Source of the DNA: Lepidodermella squamata
Lineage: Eukaryota; Animalia; Gastrotricha
Direction of reading: 5' to 3'
NCBI GenBank assembly: GCA_047495785.1
Contig: JBLDXI010000019.1
Location: forward strand, 868,001-932,000
Length of the DNA stretch: 64,000 nucleotides
In this document: in pieces, positions 12,962 to 24,600 of the stretch
Layout of the letters: every line of letters starts with the position of its first letter
Numbering within the stretch: the stretch's first letter is position 1
Position numbers and translations under genes: made by a program
Notes under the pieces: model-generated
Database searches by the model: none
Seen by the model: only the letters and a program-made list of their open reading frames with translations
What the model was told of the DNA's origin: nothing

Positions 12962-14672
12962 ATGGCATCATCCGCCTACAGCAGGGTTTCTCAAATCGCT
13001 CGCTTCAGTCTACCCCTCTTGCCTCTCCGAAACCGCATCGCCTTTCCTGCTTCGCAACGTTTCTTTTCGATGTCTAACGGCAATCCTCAATCGGGAAGCG
13101 TCATTTCGGTGGCGACGCTGAACCCTAACGGTATGTTCCTCCTCTAACTCATTATCCTTGCAATAATACCTAGGGAAATCAGCCTTATCACTTAACAACA
13201 CATATCATAGCTCATAGCTACATCTTTGTTTTGCATCCGATTAATAACTTGTATTTTCAGTTGTCGAGATGCAATATGCAGTTCGTGGCCCAATCGTTGC
13301 CAAAGCTGCCGAAATTGAAAAGCAACTACGAGCTGGGGAGAAGAAACCGTTTGACACTGTAATGCGAGCAAACATTGGAGACTGCCATGCTACTGGACAG
13401 CAACCGATCACATTTTTGCGTCAAGTGCTTGCACTCTGTGTGGAGCCCTCTCTGTTTGAATCAAATCTGTATCCCGAAGATGCAAAATCTCATGCCCGAG
13501 CCATTCTAGCAAGCTGCAGCGGCAAAAGCTTGGGATCGTATACTGATTCTGTTGGTTTGGAAGTTGTACGCCGTCACATTGCTGAGTATATCAAGAATCG
13601 TGATGGCGGTATCGACTCTATTCCTGAAGACATTTTTCTGTCCAATGGTGCTAGTGAATCAATCAAGGCTGTCATGCGCTTGGTAATGACAGGTCGCCAG
13701 GGAAAGGAGCGCGCGGGTGTTCTTATTCCTGTACCACGATATCCACTATACACCGCAACACTCTCCGAGTTCGGTGCCGTTCCTATCGGATATTATCTTG
13801 ATGAAGACAATGAGTGGGGACTTCAGGCTGATGAGCTTCAGCGTTCGTTGAACGAGGCACGTGGTAACTGCATTCCGCGAGCTATCGTCATAATCAACCC
13901 TGGCAATCCCACCGGCCAAGTCTTATCTGCCGAAAACATCAAGCAAATTATCAAGTTCGCGCATCGCGAGAAGCTCTTGATCTTGGCTGATGAAGTATAT
14001 CAGCATAATGTTTATGCCGAAGGCAAGCAATTCCATTCCTTCAAGAAGATTCTCCGCCAGCTTGAAGATTCTGGTGAAATCTCCAAGGGTTTGGAGCTCG
14101 CATCTTTCATGTCTACGTCTAAGGGCTACATGGGCGAGTGCGGTCTTCGTGGTGGATATTGCGAACTTGTCAACTTCAACGCTGATGTCAAGGCTCAGCT
14201 ATTCAAGAGTATTTCTGCTTCGCTCTGTTCCACTACAATTGGCCAAGCTGCAATGGATGTTGTCGTCAATCCGCCTAATGCTTCAGAGCCATCGTATGCT
14301 CAGTTTGTCAAGGAGCGAGATGCTGTTCTTGCTGGACTGAAGAAGAAGGCGAAACTTATTTCTGATACCTTCAATTCAATGCCAGGCATCAAGTGTAACC
14401 CTGTTCAGGGTGCTATGTACGCTTTCCCGCGACTGGAGCTGCCTGCGAAGGCGATTGAAGCTGCCAAGCAGAGGAATCAACAACCCGACGAGTTCTATTG
14501 CTTTGAGCTACTTGAGCAAACTGGTATTTGCGTCGTTCCTGGGTCTGGCTTCGGTCAAAGACCCGGCACTTTTCACTTTCGCACCACGATTCTGCCTCAA
14601 GTTGAAATGATTCAAGAATCGATGGAACGTTTCAAAAAGTTCCACTTGAGCTTCTTGGAAAAGTATCAATAA
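12962..14672 (+). CDS. GPT: Alanine aminotransferase (PLP-dependent); exons 12962-13130 and 13261-14672
   Basis: MQYAVRGPIV, ANIGD, INPGNPTGQ, ADEVYQ, STSKG(PLP Lys)YMGECGLRGG, VPGSGFGQ..GTFHFRTTILP. The phase-1 intron 13131-13260 joins in frame (LNPN-V-VEMQY). Confidence 0.96.
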
Positions 14673-15030
14673 ACATTTTTTCAACATAAATGACTGAAAT
14701 ATTTGGAAAGACTCTCCAGTTTTAGAGATTGTTTTCTTGAGAATGCTTTATTCGCCGATCTTGTATTCAAGATTCTAATTTTGTTTATCGCAAAATTCCT
14801 TGATTTGCCTTATATTTGTTTTTAATATGAATTCTGCTTCCCCTAACACCATTGATTCAAAATTGAAAAAATCAAGTGCTACTAATTTGCTGGTTATCGG
14901 TGATTACAAATAATATCGGTGTATTTTTCACAGGCAGGTTTAGTATCCTATGGAATTTGATTTTCAGCTGCCGTTAAATGGAAATAAATCGTTTATTTAT
15001 TATACATTTCTGTGCTTGATTAGATTTTAA

Positions 15031-16809
15031 ATGTCAATACCCCCCTCTTTCACGCTTGCCTTGTCGCTCGAGGACATTGGTCTGGAGAATATTTCGATCC
15101 CAATCACCTGCCAGCAACCTCTACCCGATGCTCCTTACAATTTAGTCAGTCGAGCGGCAGCAGCATCCGCGGCGAAAAATCGATCGTTACCGCCACCTCT
15201 ACTAATCAACGAAGCGTTACTGTCGAATTTCGAAAAGCAAACCGAAGAAGGTCGCGTTGCGTTTTCTCGAGAGAAGTGCGACCCTTTGGTAACAGCTGTT
15301 GATCCAACCGATTTTTCTAGTAAAGAAGAGTTAGTCGAGGCCTGGCGTAACCTCTATGATCACACATGGGCTGAATTCGCGTGTAAAAAGAGCAATAATG
15401 GTTCGATAGACAATAATCTAGTATCATTTGTCGACTCATATGGCGCGCTGGCGGCCTCGCCTGGTCTAACATGGATTTTCAGTGAAGTCCAGCGTCTAAC
15501 TGCAGAATGGGCGGAGCTACAAATAAAACAGCAAACCGAGGAAGATAGTCTAGAGAGTGGGCATAGAAAATTGGTTGATTCACTGGCGGTTAACGGTGCT
15601 ATCGACGCTTCCGCCATCAACCTAGCCGCGAGGGAACATATCGAGGCCAGGGAGAGGTTGAAAGCTCACCACCGAGCTGATGCTGCTGACTTGCATCGAG
15701 CTCTATCGCAAAGGCTTCGGTTGGGGGTTATCGCCAAAGCCTCAGCGTTTCGCCTCAATCGTTCTGAATCGACTCGATCACCTACAATGTCATTGAGTGG
15801 GACTAACGATCCAGATTCTCCGAGCGTTGAAGGCCGCCTACCAAGTGGTAGTGATGTTTCATTCACAGCGAGTAGTTTACGGCAAGATTGTTTCACCATC
15901 GCACTTGGGACTCAAGTAAGAAGCACGGCTAATGTGAAGTTGTTAGCTGCTGACTTGACCGATATTGTGAAGTCGGTCGCACACGTTCCAAAAGCTCAAT
16001 GGCTTCACAATATAATGACCCTATACAGCATGGACCAGTCTGCGTTGGTAGTCATGGTCGATAACGATTTATCACTATTCAGCGAGCCAATTTCAACGAT
16101 TAGATCTGCGACTAAACCAGTGCCAGAGTTGCATTTCGCTTCCTATGCTGATCAAATAAAAGAAGTCGCGAGTATTGCCCGAAAAAATCGAGTTGGTGAT
16201 CCTACGAGTGCAGACTCGCCTGTCCTGGAAGCGGGTGATTTTTTCGCGACTCGTCACTCAAATTTATCTGGGGTCGATGTAATTTTCCATTTGGTATGGT
16301 CAGAAGCCGATATGCAACGAAAACCTCAAAAATCGAACGTGTTAGACGGCGGTGAGATCACCTCCCGGCATCCAGTGATAGGCGGCCTGAGAACTCTAAT
16401 TCGAACTTGCCTTGAACATGATATCACATCGATAACTGTCCCGCTTTTGTTGACAACGTCTACGAAGCTACCTGAATCGGCTACTCTGGCTTGGTGTGCT
16501 CGCCGGGCTGAGTTGGTTCTGAAATGTATTAAAGGCTATCTACTTGAGCATACCAATAACTCTGGCGCATCTTCAACCGCGTGTTGTTTTGCGGGTGGAA
16601 TTCCGCTGGGAACAACTGCGGCTGAACTGAGTGCCCCGGGTGGTCGCACGCCAACGATTCAATTTCTGGCACCTAAAGAAGTTTCTGACGAATTATTCGC
16701 GATTTTAACGCAACAAGTTACGCAAATTTTCCGCGTCTCTTCACCTCTCGTTCTTCAAACCAGCTTAGCCAACACGCCGTCATCTTCGAATTTAGGCGAT
16801 AAGAAATAA
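15031..16809 (+). CDS. FERRY3: C12orf4 / FERRY3 (DUF2362) homolog, intronless
   Basis: FTIALGTQ, GDFFATRHSNLSGVDVIFHLV, ITSRHPVIGGLR, ITVPLLL and WCARRAELVLKCIKG match family motifs as I recall them. Confidence 0.85.
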   Translation: MSIPPSFTLALSLEDIGLENISIPITCQQPLPDAPYNLVSRAAAASAAKNRSLPPPLLINEALLSNFEKQTEEGRVAFSREKCDPLVTAVDPTDFSSKEELVEAWRNLYDHTWAEFACKKSNNGSIDNNLVSFVDSYGALAASPGLTWIFSEVQRLTAEWAELQIKQQTEEDSLESGHRKLVDSLAVNGAIDASAINLAAREHIEARERLKAHHRADAADLHRALSQRLRLGVIAKASAFRLNRSESTRSPTMSLSGTNDPDSPSVEGRLPSGSDVSFTASSLRQDCFTIALGTQVRSTANVKLLAADLTDIVKSVAHVPKAQWLHNIMTLYSMDQSALVVMVDNDLSLFSEPISTIRSATKPVPELHFASYADQIKEVASIARKNRVGDPTSADSPVLEAGDFFATRHSNLSGVDVIFHLVWSEADMQRKPQKSNVLDGGEITSRHPVIGGLRTLIRTCLEHDITSITVPLLLTTSTKLPESATLAWCARRAELVLKCIKGYLLEHTNNSGASSTACCFAGGIPLGTTAAELSAPGGRTPTIQFLAPKEVSDELFAILTQQVTQIFRVSSPLVLQTSLANTPSSSNLGDKK

Positions 16810-17023
16810 TTTATTTAATAACGTGGCAATCGTGTTATATATATACTACTGCTCATCAAATGATTTGTGTTGTATTTCCTGTTTCCAATCAACTTGATGC
16901 TTTCGAAAGAGAACGTTTTATTGAATATTTTAAAATTATTTTCATTTATCTCAATCTTTTTCGATTTATTTTTGATAGTGTCGTGTTACTTGCTGCAATA
17001 TTTAAAAGAACCTCAAGTATAAA

Positions 17024-20000
17024 ATGGCTTACAATATGCCGATGGCTGGTGGTTTCGCCTCTATGCTCAAGGAGGGCACTCAGGTTTGTAAATTATTCTT
17101 TAAAGCCACCTTGAAATTGACGAATATTGTTTTTCTCAGTCGTTCAAAGGAATGGACGAGGCGGTGTTCCGCAACATCGAGGCCTGTAAGGAGCTGGCTA
17201 AGAGCGTGCGCTCGTGCTTCGGCCCGAACGGTCGCAACAAGATGGTGATCAACCACCTCGAAAAGCTGTTCGTCACCAACGACGCTGCGACCATTGTCAA
17301 GGAAATCGAAGTGCAACACCCGGCGGCGAAAATCGCCGTCATGGCCAGCCACCAGCAGGAGGAGGAGTGCGGCGACGCGACCAATCTCGTTCTCATTCTC
17401 GTCGGCGCCCTGCTCGAACAGGCCGAAGAACTCCTGCGCATGGGTCTGTCCGTGGCTGAAATCACTTCCGGCTACGAGCGTGCCAGCAAGAAGGCGCTCG
17501 AAATCCTGCCAACGCTCAGCTGCGGTAAAATCGAAGATTTGCGCACCGAGCAGGAGGTGATCAAGGCCCTCTGCTCAGCCGTTGCCTCGAAGCAGTACGG
17601 CAATGAATTCACCCTGGCCAGGCTGATTGCTCAAGCGTGTATCTCCGTGTTGCCTGAGGATAAAATCCGTTTCAACGTCGATTCCGTCCGCGTGTGCAAG
17701 GTCCTCGGCTCGAGCCTGGCCCAGTCGCAAATCGTCAACGGCATGGTGTTCAAGCGCCTCGTTGAAAGCGACATCATTAAGGTGGAAGACGCGAAAGTCG
17801 CCGTTTTCGCCTGCGCCCTCGACGTCATGCAGACCGAGACGAAAGGCACCGTCCTGCTGCAGAACGCCCAGGAACTCATGTCGTTCAGCAAGGGCGAGGA
17901 GAACGTTGTCGAGAAGCAGATCAAGGCGATTGCCGATGCCGGCATTCGCGTCATTGTTACCGGTGGCAAGATCGGCGATCTTGCGCTTCACTTCTGCAAT
18001 CATCATCATCTGATGACCGTCCGCGTCATGTCCAAGTTCGACCTGCGCCGCATTGCCAAATTGGTGGGCGCCACCGCTCTTCAGCGTATGCAGGTCCCGA
18101 CCCCCGAAGAGACTGGCCACTGCAGCTCGATCTACCAGGTGAGCAAAATCTTCAAAAAATTGCTAATTATTTGCTAAATTTCCCATATTTTTCAGGACGA
18201 AATCGGTGAAAACCACGTTATTGTCTTCAAGCAAAACCAGAAGGACTCCAACGTTGCGACCATTGTCCTGCGCGGTGCCACCGAAAACTCGATGGACGAC
18301 ATGGAGCGTGCCGTCGATGATGGTGTCAACACGTACAAGACCCTGACTAAGGACAACCGCATCCTGGCCGGCGCCGGTGCTGTCGAGGTCGAACTCGCCC
18401 GTCAGTTGACGGAATTCGGCCGCAAGCAGCCTGGTCTTGACCAGTATGCTATTAAGAAGTTCGCCGAGGCTCTTGAGGATGTGCCGAAGACTCTGGCTGA
18501 TAACTGCGGCGTCAAGTCGATGGAACTCATGGCTGCTCTTCACGCTGCCCACCAGAAGGGCGAGAAGCACGCTGGCTTCGACATTGAGGTAACATTATTT
18601 TCCCTAGCATTTTTACCCGGCTGATTTTGGGCCAGGTTTAGTTTTGAAATTTAGGCGCTAGCACTAAATTTCGATAAAGTATTGAGATACCTTAGCAGCT
18701 TTCGCAGATTAAAATGCTCGAAACAGGCCTATATTTAGATGGATCGGACGAGTCGCGTTTAAAACACTCATTCACATGAAAAATGGCAACATTCCATGTG
18801 AATTTCATGTGAATGGAATGTGAATTTCCATGTGAATGGGATCTGGCCTTCGTTAAAACAGCGAGAGAAGATTATGGATAAGGAAAGGAAAGGACATGAG
18901 CTAGTTTATGAATGAGTATGGCCGGTAAATTATCAGGTCCACCCGAATCCTGCTCCTTTGATCTAGGCATGAAAGGTAATACAGAATCAGAGCATATTTT
19001 GATGAAAGTCGTTAATTTTAGAAAATTGCTATGCCGAAATATACGATTTAGAATTGTAGGAAAGAGAAATCGTGTTTTCAATATGTCCGCTTTTTCGAAT
19101 TATCGGAAAATGTCCCTTCATTCGATGCTTGTAGCTGCTTCAACAGCAAAGAAGCTAATGTACGGCCTAGGTACCCCTATACTCGTCCCGGCGTGCAGTG
19201 AACTCGCTGGAGCTCGCCAACTGACCTGGCTTGCAATTGCTTGCTAGCCTGGAACACGTACCCAGTTTTTGACATGTGCAAGTACAATGTGGCCAGGTAC
19301 ACCCGACTGTTACAGCGCGTCCAACCGTCATCGCCACTATGCACGCGCATCAGTCTGGCAGGATGCGGAGGCTCCTTGTTAACCCTCCGTGCTTCAGCGT
19401 ACACGGCAGTTGTGTCTTCAGGTCTCCAGTTTTACTAGATGGCTAAGTACGTAGTAAGTCACGTTGAGTAGAGTGTTCACGAAGTTAGTAGCCCTAAACC
19501 CACTGAACATGCCCTGTATGACTCGAATCTGTCGTCATTTGAGTATAGCCCGTACTAGTTCATACAGGCTTCCAACGTCCAAGTCACTGCCTCGAGCCAG
19601 TCTGATGAGCCACATCTTTTCTGGACGGCAACAATTTTCAGAGCATGGAAGATAGAGCGTTGCGCCTCCGACAAGTGCTATAATCGGCGTAGTCGAGCAT
19701 CAAAGACCCATCTGGGCAGTGCTCAGCCCCTATCCAGGATGAGCACCTAGGGTTAGAAATTCGTTGATAATATCAGGAGTGGAATTGTTCAGCAAATCGG
19801 GACTGTCATTTTCGAGCTCCAAAGTAACGCAGTCGAGAGTGTCGGATCGCTTATTCTTCGGTTGATGGTCACTCTTAACAGCCTCTGTGCTGCGGCGTCT
19901 AGTAGCGCCGGTTTCCGTCAGTTCGATACCTGTCTTAGTGGGCTCGTTTGGGCTCGCGCGATCGGACGTTACGCCAGCATTGGACACAATCTGCGGCGAC

Positions 20001-21120
20001 GGCGTATATTTCATGTCTCCTCGAAATACGATAACTTGGATTTAGCAATTTTTGCGACTGGCAAATTCATCGACTCCAATTCATTCTTCCTGAGTTGATG
20101 CTTCCCCGTACTTGATCTTCTAATTCGCGAGTGCTCTTCTTTGAGGATGGAAATATGCTCAGTTCTTCGTGCAGACCGGATAATATCTAACTTTTGAAGT
20201 TCGAAATCCAGCAACAATCAAAACAATCAAGAATCACAAAAAGAAAGTTACAATTTTGATAGCAACAAGAGAACATGAATAGGTGATTCAGATGCCTTTT
20301 CGGGCATTTCGCTCAGCGATTTCTACTCGAACCGTCTCTGACAGGCGGTCAAGATCGGCTCACTTTTCGGCCCTCTGTCTCACGGTCAGCTCGGTGATGG
20401 CTTTTTGTATCTCCTTCCCCTCATTCAATCATGAAATCGATACCTACGATAAAGAGCCCAAGGCTAAACCTAGGATGCCATTAATCTAAACAAGGTCGCC
20501 TAAGCCGTCGAAGCTTCAAAGTCCGTGAATAAATCCATAATAGATGTGCGCGTTTATTCTTCCGACGTTTCGGTCATTTTCTATGACTATCTTTAGGGAA
20601 AATTAGTTGAGAAATTAGATCAAATTTGGAGATATTTTTTAAGGTGGATGTGAATAAATATTTAAGCGTGAAAAAGTTAGGTCTCAATTAATTTAATGAA
20701 TATACGATTATCCTTCTAACGAAACCTAAAATCAAATGAAAAAGAAAACACTCCAAAAATGAAAAAAAATATTTTCTTTTCTGATATTCAAAAATATATG
20801 AAAAATGAGTGGATAAAGGAGCGATATTTTTGAGGTGGACGTTTTTCAAGTGTGTCGTTGTTTTAATTAGGCTGGCACTGCCGTGACCAAGGACGCCGTT
20901 GCGTCTGGCATTTACGATCTTTATCTGACCAAGCACTGGGCGATCAAGTTCGCCACCCACGCCGCGAACACGATCCTGTGCGTCGACCAGGTACGTTGTT
21001 GTCACCGGGTGACCCTTTTGACCACGTGTTAACCTGCGCCCTGATTTCTAGATTATCATGGCGAAACCGGCCGGCGGCCCGAAGCCGCGCGATGGCAAGG
21101 GCTGGGACAACGACGACTAG
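17024..21120 (+). CDS. CCT8: T-complex protein 1 subunit theta; exons 17024-17083, 17140-18138, 18196-18588, 20871-20990, 21052-21120
   Basis: GPNGRNKMVINHLEKLFVTNDAATI, TETKGTVLL, SKFDLRR, ERAVDDGVNTYK and C-terminus VDQIIMAKPAGGPKPR...WDNDD*. All junctions are GT-AG and in frame. Confidence 0.97.
18835..19110 (-). mobile_element. Decayed non-LTR retrotransposon (CR1/L2/Jockey-type) ORF2 fragment
   Basis: With one frameshift it reads SGGPDNLPAILIHKLAHVLSFP/LSIIFSRCFNEGQIP, the pre-RT S.GPD.IP..L...A..L..PL..IF......G..P motif of LINE ORF2. Confidence 0.75.
19115..19750 (-). pseudogene. Endogenous viral element: RdRp fragment of a toti-like (Ghabrivirales) dsRNA virus
   Basis: Motif A MLDYADY/(Q)H at 19700-19680. 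Motif B RVIQGMFSGFRATNFVNTLLNVTYY at ~19525-19450. Motif C RVHSGDDGW with GDD at 19335-19327. Motif D GYVFQASKQ and motif E GELQRV...GYLGRTLASL follow. Order and spacing are correct; several frameshifts and stops. Confidence 0.88.
19750..20602 (-). mobile_element. 5' fragment of a Penelope-like element (hammerhead-bearing pLTR plus decayed ORF N-terminus)
   Basis: Hammerhead-like motif and AATAAA at 20553-20602, followed by decayed coding (GKEIQKAITELTVRQRAEK*ADLD...; DLLNNSTPDIINEFLTLG) resembling PLE ORF N-terminal regions. No RT or GIY-YIG sequence is visible. Confidence 0.55.
20557..20602 (-). ncRNA. Degenerate minimal type-I hammerhead ribozyme
   Basis: TTTTCC-CTAAAGA-T-AGTCAT-AGAAA-ATGACC-GAAA-CGTC-GGAAGA: helix I TTTTCC/GGAAGA, stem II GTCAT/ATGAC, GAAA box and GUC site. 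The CUGANGA box carries a G-to-A change. Confidence 0.65.
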
Positions 21121-21683
21121 ACGAAGGCGAGAAGTGGATGGAATACTAAACCGTTCAGCAGCAGTAACAACGAACATGACGGCGTTAGGACATTTATTAT
21201 GCATTGCATGTTATCTGACTTGCGTTTATGTGTGTGTGTGTGCGTGTCTTGGCAGATACTGATAAGCAGATTTAGACACAGTTACGTTTGCAACAAGAAG
21301 AACACTTTCCTCCTCATCATGCATTCATTCATTGAACGGCAAAATTTGTGATAAGCGCACCTGCTTTGATCGTGATCAAGCGCGTTATTTCTCTTGTCAT
21401 TGACAAATTCTGCTGAATAAAAAAGTATATATAGTTATGCCATGTTCTACTATAGAAGAGATGAAGAAATTTATCAATAAAACAACGCACCAAAAACGAT
21501 ACGTATCGATTTTTTTCATCCGTTCTTTTTGCTTGTTTATTATAGTTTGTTCGTTTCGTTTTGTTTTAACCTTTTCACGTTCGTACCTACTGTTTTACAC
21601 TGATAACCTTTAACCACAATTACCTAACAACGCTTTTTAACCCAACAATGCACCTGTTACGAGACGTGTGAGCCGAGGACGAG

Positions 21684-24600
21684 ATGCCGAGCAAATACCA
21701 ATGTAAGTACCTCTAACGCTTTTCGCATGTTGTACCGGTGTGTTTTTTGTTGTGAATTGGAGTGAGTATTTTCGGCTTCAATTGCGGGGGATATTATAAC
21801 AAGATCAAGTTCCAACAGATTGACCGTACAACTTCACACACGAGCAACATGGATGCACAGCAAACTACTTTTATAGCTATTATTGTTGTGTATTGCTGCT
21901 GCCTCGGCTGACTATGATATATCATCTACAAGAGGGCTAAAATGCGCGTGTTTAATAACAAAACAGGGTCGGATTTAGTCATGCTTGAATGTTTTGGTAA
22001 CAACGCGCCACATCGAAATTGTATGCTACAAGCGGGTTTTACCTGAAATACGTATACGTTCGAGGCGCAGCAGTCTGTTTTCTATCTCATCACCGGCTGC
22101 ATTCATACCGTCATTAAAAACTGTTTACCCCAGGCGTCGGATGTCTAACACCGGAGCGAGAGCCCTCTCTCTCAATCTATTACGAATAAATGGGCGTGGT
22201 AATCGACGTAGTAGTAGTAGTAGTCGTGTACTAATCTCATTGTGTTCGCGATCTGATCGCGCGCGTGCTGCCGTTTGATCGCGAGCCGAGATAAAACCGC
22301 GCCTCTTCTTCGCGGCCGAGAGACAAAGTTATTGTTTCGACCGGCCCGGCTGTCAAAAGTAGCCAGCGTTATCTGATTCAGCCGGCGCCGCTGTGGCAAT
22401 TTCGTCTGCGCCTAAATATTTGTAGCGAGTGAACGGCGGGCGGGTATGGTAATATAACTGCAACGTTTTTACGATGAGGATGATACCTTTTAATACGCTC
22501 AAACGAGTAAGTAGCAGCAGTAGCAGTACTGGTATAGTAGCGGGAGATAACCCGTCTGCAATACTCGCGCGTGTTATTCTTCGTTTGTTTAGTTACATTG
22601 AGGCCTGCGGGCGGCGGCGAAAAGGCGCCCGCGAGTTAACTAACTCGGCGGGTAAACGGTTGATTTAGCCCGATGTAAATTGTTGATACTTTGCCATCAA
22701 CCGAATTCGCTTGGTCAAACACGGACAAAATTCCGATCAACCTTCCACTACTTATTACTATGATGTATCCAAACGCCCAAAAAAACCACAGAAATTCCAC
22801 ACCTTTTTTTACCGCTTTCGTTTTTTGTATAGACGGTGTGTGAAACGCTACATAAACGATGGCCTCTTGTTCGTGGTTAATCAACCAAAAGGAATTTTTG
22901 CTGTATCATTTTGCAATTTATCATAGGATCAGTTTAATTCTCATTAACTGTTATCTCGGCCTCATTTTCGATGGGAAAAGCTTTTAAGGCGGTGTTTTTA
23001 TTATTTAACAGCGATAAAATCCGGTTTTATCTTTAAGAAAATGAGATTGTTCAGTATTTTCATTGCTCACTTTTTTAAATGACAGAATTTATCGACAATT
23101 TTTTTTGCCGAAATACCATTTTGCATAATAGAATTTATTTCCTGCACTTTAGTACCAAACCAGGCTATCTAAATATTGAAATAATATTGTACCGGTAATT
23201 CGTTCATTTTAGATAGTGTATAAAATGTAATAAAAAAATATTCGTTGTCATTATAATAATTAATATTCTTACGAATCGACTTGTGTCTTCTTCGACTTGG
23301 ACTCAGTAGTGCTAAATATGAGTTCGGCAGCAGCATCAGCGAGTCAACAGCAGTCGCCGCCGCCGCCACCGGCAGGTAAAAATCTGTTCTATCTATGTCT
23401 CACTTTGCGGTGATGGCGGTGAAAATTTGGCATGCATAACAGCATCCTTAATAACTTGTACCACGCTGCTCTTGGTTTTGGCATGTTTTGTTAATGTAGT
23501 AATAACAATAATAAATATATTATCATTCGTTGTCACTGCCCCGTCACTAACAAGCAGTTTCATGGTTTAATTGCTAGAGTTCTAGTGGTCTATTAAAGCG
23601 CTGGTGATGGCGCTTGTTAACGCCGGCGCTGTTGTTAATAGGCCGACGTTTAGGGCGCGCACCCCACGAGACGCCTTGCCGAAATGTTTACAGACCGCAA
23701 TTATTTAGTGTTGACATAATCGCCGTCCTTCGTAGACATCCAGTCGCAACAGCATCATCGTCGTTTGTACACGACGGTGTGACTTGTATTTGCCCTACCC
23801 TCAATCTACCACGGTTCATGTCTTGTATTTTGTGCCCGGCCTGAACCATCCGGATACCGGTCTTATCCCGAGTGTATATGGGGTATGGGCCCCTGTCTAA
23901 GCCATGATATAATACTCGCCCTTATTGCTGTATACTATTTTTCAAGCCCCGTACGCGCGTTGTTTGCCAAAGTAGGTTGCACGTAAATATACCTACAGCA
24001 GCGCGCACAGTGTTTTGTACCCGAAGATGCGACATTGCGCAAATGAATGAATGAATCGGCCACCGTTGCACCAAATAGCAACGTGTTGGGCCGTCTTACT
24101 TACCTATTTCTAGCCGAAATGATAATATTTCCATTGCCGACATGCGGCGACGTCTTTTCGTTGTCGTTTGTTAACTGCTAGACGTGCCTCGCATTAGGAG
24201 ATTTTACTGTTATACATAGAACAAGTTCAATCCAGGTCGACTGCTGTCTTCGTCGTCGTCGTCGTCGCCGCTTCTGCATTCTTAAGACAAAGCAGTAGCG
24301 TATTAATGTCGCGAGGAAAAGATATGCCCGTGATAATAGGCCGAACTGCTGACGAGTGTTAACATGACACAGCGCACTGGTGACGCGCCGCTAACAGGTT
24401 AATCGCAGCCAAACAGCCGAGCAATAATAAATAATTAGCTGCAGAAATATTCACCTGCTCGCTCATTTTTTACATGCCCTAATCCACTCAGTCACTCGCT
24501 CAGTAGAACGAACACCTGTAGCCCCTAAATTATGCATGCCGATTACTAATCTCTCGTGTGCTTTTTTCTCACATGCTTTTGTCAACAGATTTTTTATTAC

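Noticed and set aside
13131-13260. Longer-than-usual ALT intron as a snoRNA host
   Set aside because: No convincing C/D or H/ACA box arrangement.
17080-18570. Several long antisense and alternate-frame ORFs over CCT8
   Set aside because: Shadow ORFs caused by GC3-rich codon bias of a highly expressed gene.
19690-20014. In-frame readthrough fusion of the 94-aa PLE-like ORF into the viral RdRp
   Set aside because: Motif A (MLDYADY) is in a different frame from the ORF ending at 19730, and both parts are decayed.
21985-23844. Short ORFs in dystrophin intron 1
   Set aside because: Low-complexity, no recognisable motifs; only the 23318-23375 exon has splice and frame support.
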